A DNA stretch of 64,000 bases from an uncultured candidate division Zixibacteria bacterium (GTDB lineage Bacteria; Zixibacteria; MSB-5A5; GN15; FEB-12): contig OY760907.1 in NCBI GenBank assembly GCA_963664195.1, forward strand, positions 2,976,001-3,040,000, in the 5' to 3' direction. Positions within the stretch are counted from its first letter, which is position 1, and each line of letters begins with the position of its first letter. This document shows, piece by piece, positions 1 to 10,469 of this stretch. The position numbers were made by a program, and so were the translations under genes. Below the pieces are notes generated by a model. The model saw only the letters and a program-made list of their open reading frames with translations, ran no database searches and was not told the origin of the DNA.

Positions 1-836
1 CCCCGGGAAAAGGCGGCACCAAAGTGTCCGGTATCCCGGTATTCAACACGGTGGAAGAAGCCGTTGCCAAGACCAAAGCGAACACGTCGGTGATTTACGT
101 CCCGCCGCCGTTTGCGGTCGACGCGATTTACGAAGCCATCGCTGCCGGTATCAAGCTGGTTGTATGTGTCACTGAAGGCGTTCCGGCCAACGACATGATG
201 AAGGTCGTGCCGTTCGTGAAAAAGCACGGTGCTCGCCTGATCGGGCCGAACTGTCCGGGGCTGATCTCGACCGAGCAGTCCAAAGTTGGTATTCTGCCGG
301 GGAACATCGTCAAAAAGGGCGGCGTGGGCGTTGTATCGCGCAGTGGCACGTTGACCTACGAGGCAATCTGGGCGCTGACTCTGGCCGGTATGGGGCAAAC
401 AACGTGCATCGGTATAGGAGGTGACCAGGTTATCGGCACCAACTTCATCGACGTTCTGGAAGCTTTTGAAGCCGACAAATCCACCAAAGGGATCGTCATG
501 ATTGGCGAGATCGGTGGCTCCGATGAAGAAGAGGCCGCGAAGTTCATCAAGAAGAAACTTACCAAACCGGTGGTGGCATTCATCGCCGGACAGGCTGCCC
601 CCCCAGGCAAACGCATGGGCCACGCCGGTGCTATTGTCTCCGGAGGTTCCGGTACGGCCGAGGGTAAGGTCAAGGCTTTGAAGAAGGCTGGTATTCCAGT
701 GGCGGGGTCGCCGACCGAACTGCCGATTCTCTTGAAAGAACAGATGGAGAAATTCAAGGCCAAAACGGCTGCCAAAAAAGATAAGAAGACGAAATCTACG
801 ACAAAGAAGTCGAAGTCAGGCAAAAAGACAAAGTAG
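1..836 (+). CDS. sucD: Succinyl-CoA synthetase alpha subunit, 5'-truncated by the window edge, with a Lys-rich C-terminal tail
   Basis: The frame is open from base 3 (PGKGGTKV...). Motifs [21 protein letters not shown] and phospho-His RMGHAGAI are present. Confidence 0.97.
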   Translation, partial: PGKGGTKVSGIPVFNTVEEAVAKTKANTSVIYVPPPFAVDAIYEAIAAGIKLVVCVTEGVPANDMMKVVPFVKKHGARLIGPNCPGLISTEQSKVGILPGNIVKKGGVGVVSRSGTLTYEAIWALTLAGMGQTTCIGIGGDQVIGTNFIDVLEAFEADKSTKGIVMIGEIGGSDEEEAAKFIKKKLTKPVVAFIAGQAAPPGKRMGHAGAIVSGGSGTAEGKVKALKKAGIPVAGSPTELPILLKEQMEKFKAKTAAKKDKKTKSTTKKSKSGKKTK

Positions 837-885
837 CTTCATGAATGATTGCGCAGCCCCGGGGACGGGGCTGCCAGGAGAAGTA

Positions 886-1149
886 ATGACTAACGCAGAT
901 ACAGCCGGCACGACCGGTTCACGACCGGGCCCACAGAGTAAGTACGACTACTCCAAGGGACCGGAACCGCTGGACATAAACCTGAAGTGGTGCAAGGCAT
1001 GCAATCTCTGTATTGCGCTGTGCCCCAAGCAGGTGTTTGAACCCAACCGCGATGGTAAGCCGATTATCGCTCGCGCGGAAAACTGCACACAATGTACCAT
1101 CTGCTGGGTTCATTGCCCTGACCTGGCGATTACCTCCAATTACAAGTGA
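886..1149 (+). CDS. korD: 2-oxoacid:ferredoxin oxidoreductase delta subunit (2x[4Fe-4S] ferredoxin)
   Basis: CKACNLCIALCP and CTQCTICWVHCP motifs. AGGAG SD precedes ATG 886, preferred over 841. Confidence 0.9.
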   Translation: MTNADTAGTTGSRPGPQSKYDYSKGPEPLDINLKWCKACNLCIALCPKQVFEPNRDGKPIIARAENCTQCTICWVHCPDLAITSNYK

Positions 1150-1163
1150 GGAAGGAACGAACG

Positions 1164-2300
1164 ATGCCACAAAAAGAAAGAGTCCTTGTACTGGGCAACG
1201 AAGCCTGTGTCAAGGGTGCCATCTACGCCGGCATGAAGTTCTATGCCGGATACCCGATCACTCCTTCCACTGAGGTCGCCGAGGGTTGCGCACGAGAGCT
1301 TCCCAGAATCGGCGGCCGGTTCATCCAGATGGAGGACGAGATCGGTTCCATAGCTGCCGTGGTCGGCGCCTCGGTTGCCGGGCTGAAAGCCATGACCGCA
1401 ACGTCGGGTCCGGGTTACTCCCTGATGACTGAAAATATCGGATATGCCTACATGACCGAAACGCCGCTCGTGGTGATCAACGTGCAGCGTGGCGGTCCCT
1501 CGACCGGCTTGCCGACCAAGGTCAGCCAGTCCGACACCATGCAGGCTGCGTGGGGACCGCACGGCGACTACACGGCCATCGCACTCGCGCCGTCGACTAT
1601 CGGCGAGACCGTCTACGAAGTTATCCGGGCGTTTAATCTTGCCGAGCGCTTCCGTACGCCGGTAACGGTTTTGCTCGACGAAGTAATCGGGCACTCCCGA
1701 CAGATCATCGAGCTGCCGGAACCGGGCGAGATTGAAATCTATGATCGCGTGAAACCGACCTGTTCGCTGGAGGAATTCAAGGCCTTTGAAATCACTGAGA
1801 ACCTGGTGTCACCAATGCCGGCTTACGGTGACGGATACCGCTACGTGACGACAGGCTTGACTCACGATGAGTATGGTTTCACCACCAACAAGCCTTCGGA
1901 AATCGCTCCAAAGCTGCATAAACTCAGACACAAGATTATCGATTATAAGGATGAGATTATCAGCATGAGGACAGAGAAGATGGACGACGCCGACGTGGCG
2001 ATCATCTGTTACGGCTCTGTGGCACGTGCTGCCCTGCAGGCTACCGATATTGTCCGCAAGGTTGGTGAAAAGGTCGGAACGGTCCAGTTGAAAACCATCT
2101 GGCCATTCCCGGACGAACAACTCGTAGACATCTGCTCCAAGTGCAAGACGGTGATTGTTGCCGAATTGAATATGGGACAGATCGTCAATGAGGTACGCCG
2201 TATCATGCCGCCGGAAATCAAGGTTGAGCCTCTGCAACGGTATGACGGTGAAATCCTTACTCCCATGGAGCTTGTCAAGAAGCTCGAGGAGGTGCTCTGA
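1164..2300 (+). CDS. korA: 2-oxoglutarate/2-oxoacid:ferredoxin oxidoreductase alpha subunit
   Basis: GNEA, YPITPSTE, QMEDE, TATSGPG and QRGGPSTG motifs. ATG 1164 follows GAAGG. Confidence 0.93.
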   Translation: MPQKERVLVLGNEACVKGAIYAGMKFYAGYPITPSTEVAEGCARELPRIGGRFIQMEDEIGSIAAVVGASVAGLKAMTATSGPGYSLMTENIGYAYMTETPLVVINVQRGGPSTGLPTKVSQSDTMQAAWGPHGDYTAIALAPSTIGETVYEVIRAFNLAERFRTPVTVLLDEVIGHSRQIIELPEPGEIEIYDRVKPTCSLEEFKAFEITENLVSPMPAYGDGYRYVTTGLTHDEYGFTTNKPSEIAPKLHKLRHKIIDYKDEIISMRTEKMDDADVAIICYGSVARAALQATDIVRKVGEKVGTVQLKTIWPFPDEQLVDICSKCKTVIVAELNMGQIVNEVRRIMPPEIKVEPLQRYDGEILTPMELVKKLEEVL

Positions 2301-3154
2301 TGGCTACCGCGACAACAGAAAAACCAACACAGAACTCCAACGTCATTCTTGACTATCTGCGTCCGAAAAAGGGCATGCCGACTGTCTGGTGTGCCGGCTG
2401 CGGTAATGGCATCGTCATGACCGCGATTATCCGAGCCGTTGACAAGCTCGGCCTGGATAAGGACGGGGTCGTTATGGTCTCCGGTATCGGCTGCTCCAGC
2501 CGTATGCCGATCTATCTCGACTTCAACGCTCTCCACACGACTCACGGTCGAGCACTGCCGTTCGCGACCGGTGTGAAGTTTGCGCGCCCTGACCTGAAAG
2601 TGATCGTGATCACCGGCGACGGTGACTCGCTTGCTATCGGCGGCAACCACTTCATCCATGCGTGCCGTCGGAATATCGATATTACGACTATCCTGATTAA
2701 CAACAACATCTACGGCATGACCGGTGGGCAGGGTTCCCCGACGACACCGTCGCACGCCTTCTCCACAACCACGCCGTACGGCAATGCCGAGAAGCATTTC
2801 GAACCGTGCGACCTGGCCCAGGCCGCGGGTGCTTCGTTTGTTGCTCGCTCGACCGTCTACCACGCCGTGCAGCTTGAGAAGCAGATTGAAAAGGCGATTG
2901 CCCACAAGGGTTTCTCGCTGGTTGAAGCGGTCTCCAACTGCCACACGTATTTCGGTCGCCTGAACAGGCAGGGCGATGCTGTGACCATGATCAACATGTT
3001 CAAAGAAAAGTCGATCCCGGTTGCGCAGGCGAAAAAGAAGACCGAGGAAGAGTTGAAGGACAGGATTGTCATCGGTACGCTCTACGAGAGCGATGCAACA
3101 GAGTTCTGCGACGTCTACGATAGCGTTATGGAATCTGCGCATGGAGGTAAATAA
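2300..3154 (+). CDS. korB: 2-oxoacid:ferredoxin oxidoreductase beta subunit
   Basis: WCAGCG, SGIGCS, HGRA and TPP motif GDGD...NN.IYGMTGGQ. TGATG overlap with korA. Confidence 0.93.
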   Translation: MATATTEKPTQNSNVILDYLRPKKGMPTVWCAGCGNGIVMTAIIRAVDKLGLDKDGVVMVSGIGCSSRMPIYLDFNALHTTHGRALPFATGVKFARPDLKVIVITGDGDSLAIGGNHFIHACRRNIDITTILINNNIYGMTGGQGSPTTPSHAFSTTTPYGNAEKHFEPCDLAQAAGASFVARSTVYHAVQLEKQIEKAIAHKGFSLVEAVSNCHTYFGRLNRQGDAVTMINMFKEKSIPVAQAKKKTEEELKDRIVIGTLYESDATEFCDVYDSVMESAHGGK

Positions 3155-3156
3155 GC

Positions 3157-3741
3157 ATGGCCAAAGGGTTGCTTGATAAAGTCGAAATCCCGCAGGACCG
3201 GTTTGAGATGCGTTTGTCCGGTTCTGGCGGTCAGGGTATGATTCTCGCCTCGGTGATTATGTCCGAGGCTATCGGAGCCAGTGACAGTCGCAACGTTGTG
3301 CAGTCGCAATCGTACGGTCCGGAAGCCCGCGGCGGCGCCTCCAAGGCCGACGTGGTCATTTCCGAAAACGAGATTTACTATCCCAAGGCCATGCAGCTTG
3401 ACCTGCTGCTGGCCATGACGCAGGAGTCGCTCGACAGCTATTATCCGTTCCTGAAAAAGGGCGGGACGCTGATTGTCGATACTTCGCTGGTTACAGATGT
3501 TCCGACCGACGACTATTTTGGTCTGCCGTTTACGCAGCTTGCCAAGGAAGAAGCCGGTCATGTAATGGTTGCCAACGTTATCGCTCTCTCGGCTATTGCT
3601 GGTCTGACTGGCATGGTTACGCGTGAGAAATTGACTGCAGCCGTGCTCAAGCGTGCGCCGAAGCGGGCCGAGGACAAGAACCTGAAGGGTATCGAAATCG
3701 GTTTCGCAGAGGCTGAGAAACTGAAGAAGGAAAAAGCATAG
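3157..3741 (+). CDS. korG: 2-oxoacid:ferredoxin oxidoreductase gamma subunit
   Basis: GSGGQG and SYGPEARGG motifs. GGAGG SD. Confidence 0.92.
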   Translation: MAKGLLDKVEIPQDRFEMRLSGSGGQGMILASVIMSEAIGASDSRNVVQSQSYGPEARGGASKADVVISENEIYYPKAMQLDLLLAMTQESLDSYYPFLKKGGTLIVDTSLVTDVPTDDYFGLPFTQLAKEEAGHVMVANVIALSAIAGLTGMVTREKLTAAVLKRAPKRAEDKNLKGIEIGFAEAEKLKKEKA

Positions 3742-3744
3742 GTT

Positions 3745-4143
3745 ATGGATAGAACGCTGCTGATTGTCAAGCCGGATGCGACTGATCGTAATCTGATCGG
3801 CCATATTGTCAACCGTCTTGAACGTGCCGGTTTCCGAGTTGTGGATATGCGCATGCTGACCCTGACCGGAGAACAGGCTCGGAAATTCTACGCCGTCCAT
3901 GAGGGCAAACCGTTCCTCGACTCCCTGGTCGCGTTTATGACGTCGGGCAGGGTGGTGCCGATGGTGCTGGAAAAGGAAAACGCGGTTGCCGATCTGCGCG
4001 CGCTCATAGGAGCCACAGATCCGACCAAAGCCGCCTGCGGCACAATCAGACAGGAAATCGCGGTGAACCTGGAGAAGAACTCCGTTCATGCCTCTGATTC
4101 AGACGAGAACGCTAAAGTGGAGGTGGCTTTCTTCTTCTCGTAA
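3745..4143 (+). CDS. ndk: Nucleoside diphosphate kinase
   Basis: TLLIVKPDA, FYAVHEGKPF, GTIR and catalytic NSVHASDS. Confidence 0.97.
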   Translation: MDRTLLIVKPDATDRNLIGHIVNRLERAGFRVVDMRMLTLTGEQARKFYAVHEGKPFLDSLVAFMTSGRVVPMVLEKENAVADLRALIGATDPTKAACGTIRQEIAVNLEKNSVHASDSDENAKVEVAFFFS

Positions 4144-4170
4144 TCCGCTTGATGCGAGAAGCTGGCTGAT

Positions 4171-5397
4171 ATGGAAATCAGGCTGGCATACGATCACAAG
4201 GGACTCACATTGGACGTACCCGATTCAATGATAACCGACCGGTTCGGCCTTTCAACGGTCGACCGGCCGGTCACCTATACTGAGTTTACGGCTGGGCTGG
4301 CCGCCTCCGGCGGGGAGCGATTCCTCTCCTGCGAGTTGCCGCTGTTTGTCGTCAACGACGGCTTCCGCAATACGCCGACACGGCGTTTGCTGGAGTGGTT
4401 GGATATGTTTGACAATTCAATCCTGGATCGCGCCCGTTTCCTTATTGCTACCGGCGCTCACGGTGGTCCGACCCCGGAACATCTATCGACAATCTTCGGA
4501 TCGTATCTGGATCGTGTTTGCCACCGGGTGAACTGGCATGATGCCAGAGCGCTTGGAGATATGGACAAGATCGGGGTCGACCATTTCGGGGGAGAGGTCT
4601 TTTTGAACCGGCAGGCTCTGAGTGCCGAAAAGCTGTTCGTGATAGGCTCGGTTGAGCCGCACTATTTTGCCGGATTCACAGGGGGGCGTAAGTCGCTCTT
4701 TCCGGGACTGACCGATTTGGCAACCATAGAGCGGAATCATAATCTGGCCAACTCACTTGAGGCCGCGCCCCTCAAACTCAAGGGCAACCCGGTCTCGGAA
4801 CATTTCGATGAATTGCTGGGGCTGTGTGATCTGGATCGCATTTTTACTGCCCAGGTTGTCATGGATGCGGGGGGAAGAATCGAGCGCATCTGTCTCGGTC
4901 GACTTGATCAGGCGTTCGCCGAGGCGACACAAGCGGCCGTGAGCTTGTACTCGCACGAGATCGCGCGGAAGTACGATATCATCGTGGCCGAGATCCGACC
5001 GCCCCTTGATAAGAATCTCTATCAGGCGCAAAAGGCTCTCGAGAATACACAGACGGCTGTAGTCGACGGCGGTACGGTGATTCTGGTGACGCCGTGCAAC
5101 GAGGGTGTCGGTTCGAATCACTTTTTCGATCTGGCCAACTCGTGGGATCGCGAGACAAACCGGCCCGCCGACGGTATCCCCCGATTCGGGTCGCACAAAC
5201 TCTCGCGTGTGAACGCGATGACAAAGCGGATCAATGTTCGGATAGTCTCAAGTCTGCCGGAAGATCATGCCCGGCAGGTTTTTTATGAACCTTTGGATGA
5301 CATCAATGAGTATCTTGCGAAATATGAGAAGGAGACACACGGATTGAGATTGGCGGTCGTACATGACGCCGGTCATACTGTTTTGCACACAACCTAA
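4171..5397 (+). CDS. larA: LarA-superfamily nickel-pincer-dependent alpha-hydroxyacid racemase/epimerase
   Basis: NDGFR, ATGAH, VEPHYFAGFTGGRKS, RNH and NLYQAQK match the conserved LarA motifs. Substrate unknown. Confidence 0.85.
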   Translation: MEIRLAYDHKGLTLDVPDSMITDRFGLSTVDRPVTYTEFTAGLAASGGERFLSCELPLFVVNDGFRNTPTRRLLEWLDMFDNSILDRARFLIATGAHGGPTPEHLSTIFGSYLDRVCHRVNWHDARALGDMDKIGVDHFGGEVFLNRQALSAEKLFVIGSVEPHYFAGFTGGRKSLFPGLTDLATIERNHNLANSLEAAPLKLKGNPVSEHFDELLGLCDLDRIFTAQVVMDAGGRIERICLGRLDQAFAEATQAAVSLYSHEIARKYDIIVAEIRPPLDKNLYQAQKALENTQTAVVDGGTVILVTPCNEGVGSNHFFDLANSWDRETNRPADGIPRFGSHKLSRVNAMTKRINVRIVSSLPEDHARQVFYEPLDDINEYLAKYEKETHGLRLAVVHDAGHTVLHTT

Positions 5398-5435
5398 ACT
5401 TCCTAATAATTCTAACTAACCTCCGGGAGGGTTAT

Positions 5436-6365
5436 ATGAACAAGAAGATTGCAGTAATTGGAGCTGGTCACGTTGGAGCAACGACTGCCATGTATTTGGC
5501 AGAGGCCAACCTTGCGGACGTCGTGCTGGTGGACATTATTGAAGGTGTGCCTCAGGGCAAGGCTCTCGACCTGACTCAGGCGGGGCCAGTGCGCGGTTAC
5601 AACGCCATGATCGAAGGATCGAACAAGATGACGGCCATCAAGGGTGCCGACATCGTTATCATGACGGCCGGCCTGCCACGCAAGCCCGGGATGTCACGTG
5701 AAGACCTGTTGAACATGAACGCTGACATCATCGGTTCAGTGGCGAAGAACATCAAGAAGTACGCCCCGAAGAGTACAGTGATCGTAGTATCCAATCCTCT
5801 GGATCTGATGACTTTCCACATGCAGAAAGTCACCGGCTTCCCGAAGAATCGGGTGCTCGGCCAGGCCGGCGTGCTGGATTCAACCCGCATGCGTGCCTTC
5901 ATCGCGATGGAACTCAACGTGGCAATGACCGACGTACAGGCGCTGGTCCTGGGAGGTCACGGTGACACCATGGTCCCGCTGCCGCGTTACACCACCGTAT
6001 CCGGCATCGGCATCAAGGAATTGATCTCAGCCGATCGCATCAAGGCTATCTGCAAGCGTACTGCCGGCGGCGGCGGCGAGATCGTCAAGCTGCTCAAGAC
6101 GGGTTCGGCGTATTATGCGCCGGCGGCGGCCTCGACTCAGATGTGTCGCGCGATTCTCAACGATGAAAAGAAGGTACTCGCTGCATCAGCGTACCTGACC
6201 GGCCAGTACGGTATCAAGGATATTTACATCGGTGTACCGGTTGTTCTCGGTGCGGGTGGTGTAGAGAAGATTCTTGATCTGAAACTGACCAAGGGTGAGA
6301 AGGGTTCTCTCCAGGGTTCAGCCAAGACCTACAAGCAGCACCTGAAGATCATGGGCTACAAATAG
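5436..6365 (+). CDS. mdh: Malate dehydrogenase (LDH-like type)
   Basis: [22 protein letters not shown] (Arg specificity residue), VLDSTR and GGHGD. Confidence 0.96.
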   Translation: MNKKIAVIGAGHVGATTAMYLAEANLADVVLVDIIEGVPQGKALDLTQAGPVRGYNAMIEGSNKMTAIKGADIVIMTAGLPRKPGMSREDLLNMNADIIGSVAKNIKKYAPKSTVIVVSNPLDLMTFHMQKVTGFPKNRVLGQAGVLDSTRMRAFIAMELNVAMTDVQALVLGGHGDTMVPLPRYTTVSGIGIKELISADRIKAICKRTAGGGGEIVKLLKTGSAYYAPAAASTQMCRAILNDEKKVLAASAYLTGQYGIKDIYIGVPVVLGAGGVEKILDLKLTKGEKGSLQGSAKTYKQHLKIMGYK

Positions 6366-6375
6366 AGGAGTACGC

Positions 6376-7620
6376 ATGGCATACAAACATATAGTAATTC
6401 CTGCAAAGGGCCAGCCCATCAAGAAGAAGGGCAATAAGCTGTCTATCCCGAATCGTCCGATCATTCCGGTGATCGAGGGCGATGGCATCGGTCGCGACAT
6501 TATGAAAGCTACCCGTCGGGTAGTAGATGCCGCCGTCGAGAAGGCCTACAAGGGAAGAAAGCAGATCGCCTGGATGGATGTCTATGCCGGTGAGAAGGCA
6601 AACGAGTTGTACAAAGAATGGCTGCCGAACGAAACGGTCGACGCCATTAAGAAGTACTACGTTGCCCTCAAAGGTCCGTTGACAACCCCGATTGGCGGGG
6701 GATTCCGTTCGCTGAACGTGTCTCTTCGTCAGATGATGAACCTGTACGCCTGCGTGAGACCTGTTCGCTGGTTCAAAGGAGTAGGCTCGCCGGTGGTTCA
6801 TCCGGAAAGACTCAATGTGATCATTTTCCGCGAGAATACCGAGGACGTCTACGCCGGTATCGAGTGGAAGAAGGGTTCGAAGGAATGTAAGAAGGTCATT
6901 ACCTGGCTGAACAAGAACATGAAAACGAATATCCGTACGGACAGCGGCATAGGTGTCAAACCGATCTCGGTTACCGGCACCAAGCAGTTGGTTCGGAAGG
7001 CTATTCAGTACGCCATCGACCACAAGTTGCCGTCGGTCACGCTGGTGCACAAGGGGAACATCATGAAGTTCACCGAAGGCGCTTTCCGTGACTGGGGGTA
7101 CCAACTGGCCACGACCGAGTTCCGCAACAAGGTCGTGACCGAGGACGAACTCTGGGATAAGTACAAAGGCAAAATGCCAAAGGGCAAGATCCTCATCAAG
7201 GATCGTATTGCCGATTCCATTTTTCAGCAGGTTCTGCTCCGTCCGGACGAGTACTCGGTTCTCGCCACGCCGAATTTGAACGGTGACTATCTTTCTGATG
7301 CCTGTGCGGCTCAGGTGGGTGGTCTCGGAATGGCGGCGGGCGCGAATATCGGGGATTACATCGGTCTCTTCGAGGCTACTCACGGCACCGCGCCGAAGTA
7401 CGCCGATAAGGACGTGATTAACCCCGGTTCGCTGATCCTGTCAGCGGTGATGATGCTCGAATACATGGGCTGGGACAAAGCGGCCGTGATGATCGACAAA
7501 GCGATTGGGAAGACTATCGCGCAGAAGACTGTAACGTACGACCTGCATCGTCAGATGAAGGGTGCGAAAAAGGTCAAGACTTCTCAGTACGCGACGAACA
7601 TCATCAAGAACCTGCGATAG
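6376..7620 (+). CDS. icd: Isocitrate dehydrogenase (E. coli-type homodimeric)
   Basis: [50 protein letters not shown] and [11 protein letters not shown]. Confidence 0.97.
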   Translation: MAYKHIVIPAKGQPIKKKGNKLSIPNRPIIPVIEGDGIGRDIMKATRRVVDAAVEKAYKGRKQIAWMDVYAGEKANELYKEWLPNETVDAIKKYYVALKGPLTTPIGGGFRSLNVSLRQMMNLYACVRPVRWFKGVGSPVVHPERLNVIIFRENTEDVYAGIEWKKGSKECKKVITWLNKNMKTNIRTDSGIGVKPISVTGTKQLVRKAIQYAIDHKLPSVTLVHKGNIMKFTEGAFRDWGYQLATTEFRNKVVTEDELWDKYKGKMPKGKILIKDRIADSIFQQVLLRPDEYSVLATPNLNGDYLSDACAAQVGGLGMAAGANIGDYIGLFEATHGTAPKYADKDVINPGSLILSAVMMLEYMGWDKAAVMIDKAIGKTIAQKTVTYDLHRQMKGAKKVKTSQYATNIIKNLR

Positions 7621-7632
7621 GTCCAATAATCT

Positions 7633-7657
7633 GTCACCCTGAGCCCGTCGAAGGGTG
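7633..7657. repeat. Short REP-like palindromic element GTCACCCTGAGCCCGTCGAAGGGTG
   Basis: CACCCT...AGGGTG stem. Resembles the 'GTCACCCTGAGCnTGTCGAAGGG' extragenic repeat I recall from FCB genomes. Single copy in this window. Confidence 0.45.
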
Positions 7658-7670
7658 GACCGAACATAAT

Positions 7671-7704
7671 AAAGCGGCAGAGGATTTTTCCTCTGCCGCT
7701 TTTC
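7671..7704 (+). terminator. Intrinsic terminator of the TCA operon
   Basis: AAAGCGGCAGAGGA-TTTT-TCCTCTGCCGCTTT stem followed by a T-rich tail. Confidence 0.85.
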
Positions 7705-7832
7705 TGTCGGTTACTATCACGCCTATCCGTGTCTACGATACCTTCTTTATGCTTGTTTCACGTTTCAGCATCACGTATCTCTAATAGACGGGGCAGTGGA
7801 CCTGCTTAACCGATATTGTAGAGGAGTACCAA

Positions 7833-9050
7833 ATGAAGAACGCGAAAACTGCCATTGCAGCATTGTTGACCTTGACACTGCTTACACTCTGGTCGTGCTC
7901 CGACGACGACACCGTCGTCAATCCTCCTCCAGTCGAGGAACCGAATGTGATTGATGATCTCACTTCCGGCCTCACCGACTTCAACAGTTTTGTGGTCACC
8001 TGGACAGCTCCCGAGGGCGCCCTGGAGTATGACATCCGCTTCTCGACATCGGCAATCGACTCGACGAACTGGACCTCGGCGACTCCGGTCGACGACGAGC
8101 CGGTTCCAAAGGCCGAGGGAGAGGCAGAGATGTACAGGCTCAAGGATCTCGAAATGAGTACCGAGTATTACGTGGCAGTCAAGTTCGGTATCGATTCCGC
8201 TACCTGGTCCCCTCTGTCCAATATCGTCAGTGGGTTCACTTCGGAGTACGACTCGCGCAATAAGATTGCGTTCGTCTCCGCACTGGACGGAGATGACGAG
8301 ATATACGTCATGGACTCCGATGGCTCCAATGTGCGCAAGCTGACGGACAACGCCAGCGCTGACAGGGAGCCGGCGTGGACCGGCGATGGACTGGGCATTT
8401 ACTTTTCAACTGCGCGCGACGGCAACTGGGAAATCTATGCCATGGATTACAATGGGGCCTCACCGGCTAACATCAGCAATTCTGGGTCTTACGCGGACGG
8501 GAGTCCTTCACTGTTGTACCCAGGCAACCGGGTTGTCTTCAATTCTCTGCCGGCCAGCGAGAGCTGGAGCCATTTGTGGACTATGAACCCGGATGGAACC
8601 GGCAAAGTGATACTCCAGAATTACCCGGACAGTATGGAGGCGGATGCCGACTGGGCACCCGACGGATCCAGGATCACCTTTGAACGTAGATACCCGAGCG
8701 GAGGTAGCTGGGCTGTCTATACCGCAGATCCCGACGGTACCGGGGCCGAGCGCCTGATTGACGGCTGGCAACCTTCCTGGTCGCCGGATGGGTCAAAGAT
8801 TGCATTCCGGAGTATCGATGGGGATATCCTCGTAATGAACGCCGACGGAACCAACCCCATCAACCTGACCAACCATGCTTCGGTTGACTCAGAACCGGAC
8901 TGGTCGCCGGACGGATCCAGGCTCGTGTTTGTATCTGACAGGGACGGAGACACTGAGATATTCATTATGGACGCCGACGGCACTAACGTGACACAGATCA
9001 CGCACAACGATGTGGCGGATGAGTCGCCCTGCTGGTCACCTGTGATGTAA
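7833..9050 (+). CDS. Lipoprotein with FN3-like domain and TolB-like (PD40) beta-propeller
   Basis: Lipobox LWSC. 'VTWTAP...YDIRFS...YYVAVK' is FN3-like. Repeated P.WSPDG..I.F motifs. Confidence 0.85.
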   Translation: MKNAKTAIAALLTLTLLTLWSCSDDDTVVNPPPVEEPNVIDDLTSGLTDFNSFVVTWTAPEGALEYDIRFSTSAIDSTNWTSATPVDDEPVPKAEGEAEMYRLKDLEMSTEYYVAVKFGIDSATWSPLSNIVSGFTSEYDSRNKIAFVSALDGDDEIYVMDSDGSNVRKLTDNASADREPAWTGDGLGIYFSTARDGNWEIYAMDYNGASPANISNSGSYADGSPSLLYPGNRVVFNSLPASESWSHLWTMNPDGTGKVILQNYPDSMEADADWAPDGSRITFERRYPSGGSWAVYTADPDGTGAERLIDGWQPSWSPDGSKIAFRSIDGDILVMNADGTNPINLTNHASVDSEPDWSPDGSRLVFVSDRDGDTEIFIMDADGTNVTQITHNDVADESPCWSPVM

Positions 9051-9096
9051 AAAGCGATTTCTTGAAACTTTGTATGGCGAGTTCGTCTTTGGTTCT

Positions 9097-9277
9097 GTAG
9101 GGCAGGTTTGTCTTCAAACCTGCCGGAAAGGCAAGCCGCAGGCGGCTTGAGGTGCGATGGACGACGGGTCGCTGGGTCAAACTTGTTTGGCCCGGTTCAA
9201 GCCCCTCCAGACGAGTTTGAAGGGGCCACCCGGAATGACTGCATCCGTTCACTCTCAGGGCGGTGACCCGCCTTACA
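9097..9277. repeat. REP-like cluster: GTAG-hairpin and an inverted GTAA-hairpin flanking a REP doublet
   Basis: GTAG + GGCAGGTTTG-TCTT-CAAACCTGCC at 9097-9124. Minus-strand GTAA + GGCGG-GTCA-CCGCC at about 9259-9276. Lies between convergent genes. Confidence 0.6.
9166..9232. repeat. Dispersed ~66-bp inverted REP doublet, copy 1
   Basis: Near-identical to 14888-14953. Confidence 0.8.
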
Positions 9278-9289
9278 ACTTGCGTATAA

Positions 9290-9757
9290 TCACCCCTGGG
9301 CGATGTCCCGAACCACGTTCTGCAGTTTCTTCAAGACACCGACGTACCGCGAGAAATAGATATGCGCCACCTTGTTGATAATGTTGAAGCCGGTCGGGCA
9401 ATCCTGCTTCAGCATCTCGCGGAACGGAGCAGCTTCAATCGACAGGATTTCCGAATTCTTGCTGCACTGAGCCGACAGCGTGTAGCACTTTGAGTCCAGC
9501 AGAGGCGAGACGCCAAACAACTCCCCTTCAGCAAGCCGTTGAATGACAAAACTGTGATCCTCGGGGCCGGTGGGTAGTCTCAGGTCGACCGCTCCTTTCA
9601 ACAGCATGTAGACATGCGTTGCGGCGGTGTCGAATCCGAATACCATCTCACCGGCAGACATCATCTTTACTGACGAAAACTTGCTCAATTGATTGTTCTC
9701 ATCGACGCTGAGCGAACGAAACAGATCGTGACCTTTCAATACCGTGTCTACAGCCAT
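9290..9757 (-). CDS. Stand-alone cyclic-nucleotide-binding (Crp-like) domain protein without HTH
   Basis: LF..L...GE.VF...VYMLLKGAV...GELFG pattern. AGGAGG SD. Confidence 0.8.
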   Translation of the reverse strand: MAVDTVLKGHDLFRSLSVDENNQLSKFSSVKMMSAGEMVFGFDTAATHVYMLLKGAVDLRLPTGPEDHSFVIQRLAEGELFGVSPLLDSKCYTLSAQCSKNSEILSIEAAPFREMLKQDCPTGFNIINKVAHIYFSRYVGVLKKLQNVVRDIAQG

Positions 9758-10148
9758 TTTCTACCTCCTTGCGAGTTTCTGCCTTCAGGCAATGACCGGG
9801 GACTCTTTACGGTAAATACGTAGTCATGGCAGTCCATTGGTGGGAACGAGGAGTATATTCCTGCTTAGCCGCCTCTGGGCGATTCGTCCGCTGACAGTAT
9901 GGTCTCGGGTTCGAGATTGGCCGGGATACATTGAAAAAAATAGACGCAAGTAGGCGCGACACTCCAATGGGAGGGCAAGGAACGTCCCGGACACCGAATG
10001 CATCCGATACCGGTGCCATACTTACGTCGGCATTTTTGAGGGCCATGAAGCGAACTGAGCACAGTATAGCACGATTCGCTGTCAGAAAGTGGCAGTGGAA
10101 GACGAGATTTTTGAAAATAGTGAGGGCGCGCTGTCGATTATGCGTTTT

Positions 10149-10469
10149 TCAACGGAGATCATCCCTCGTGGGATAAAAAACATCGATCACCCGGCATTCC
10201 TCGATGGCCTTACCGGAATGGCGTACGTTTGGGGGTATTACGGCAATGGCGCCCGGTTCACAGATTTCGGTACGGTCGTTAATTCGCAGCTCGAGTCTGC
10301 CGGAGATGAGGTTGGTTACTTGCTCGTGGGGATGACAGTGTTCGGGGAGTACGGCACCGGTGGCGATTGTCCAGTAGGCCAGGGACATGTTGTCAGCATG
10401 TACCACGCGCAGTTTGAAGCCGGGGATTGGCTCGACTTCGGTGAGATCGGCAAGTTTCAGGAATTCCAT
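10149..10469 (-). CDS. Cupin_2 domain protein
   Basis: PEHCHPHEQ...ISG.LE and IPPNVRHSG cupin motifs, DVFYP.R terminus, GAGG SD. Confidence 0.88.
   Translation of the reverse strand: MEFLKLADLTEVEPIPGFKLRVVHADNMSLAYWTIATGAVLPEHCHPHEQVTNLISGRLELRINDRTEICEPGAIAVIPPNVRHSGKAIEECRVIDVFYPTRDDLR

Noticed and set aside
2009..3142. 377-aa minus-strand ORF, and similar long antisense ORFs at 3115-4089, 6349-7383, 39167-40006, 51485-52561 and 56335-57459
   Set aside because: These are shadows of well-supported plus-strand genes, expected from codon bias. They show no motifs or RBS.
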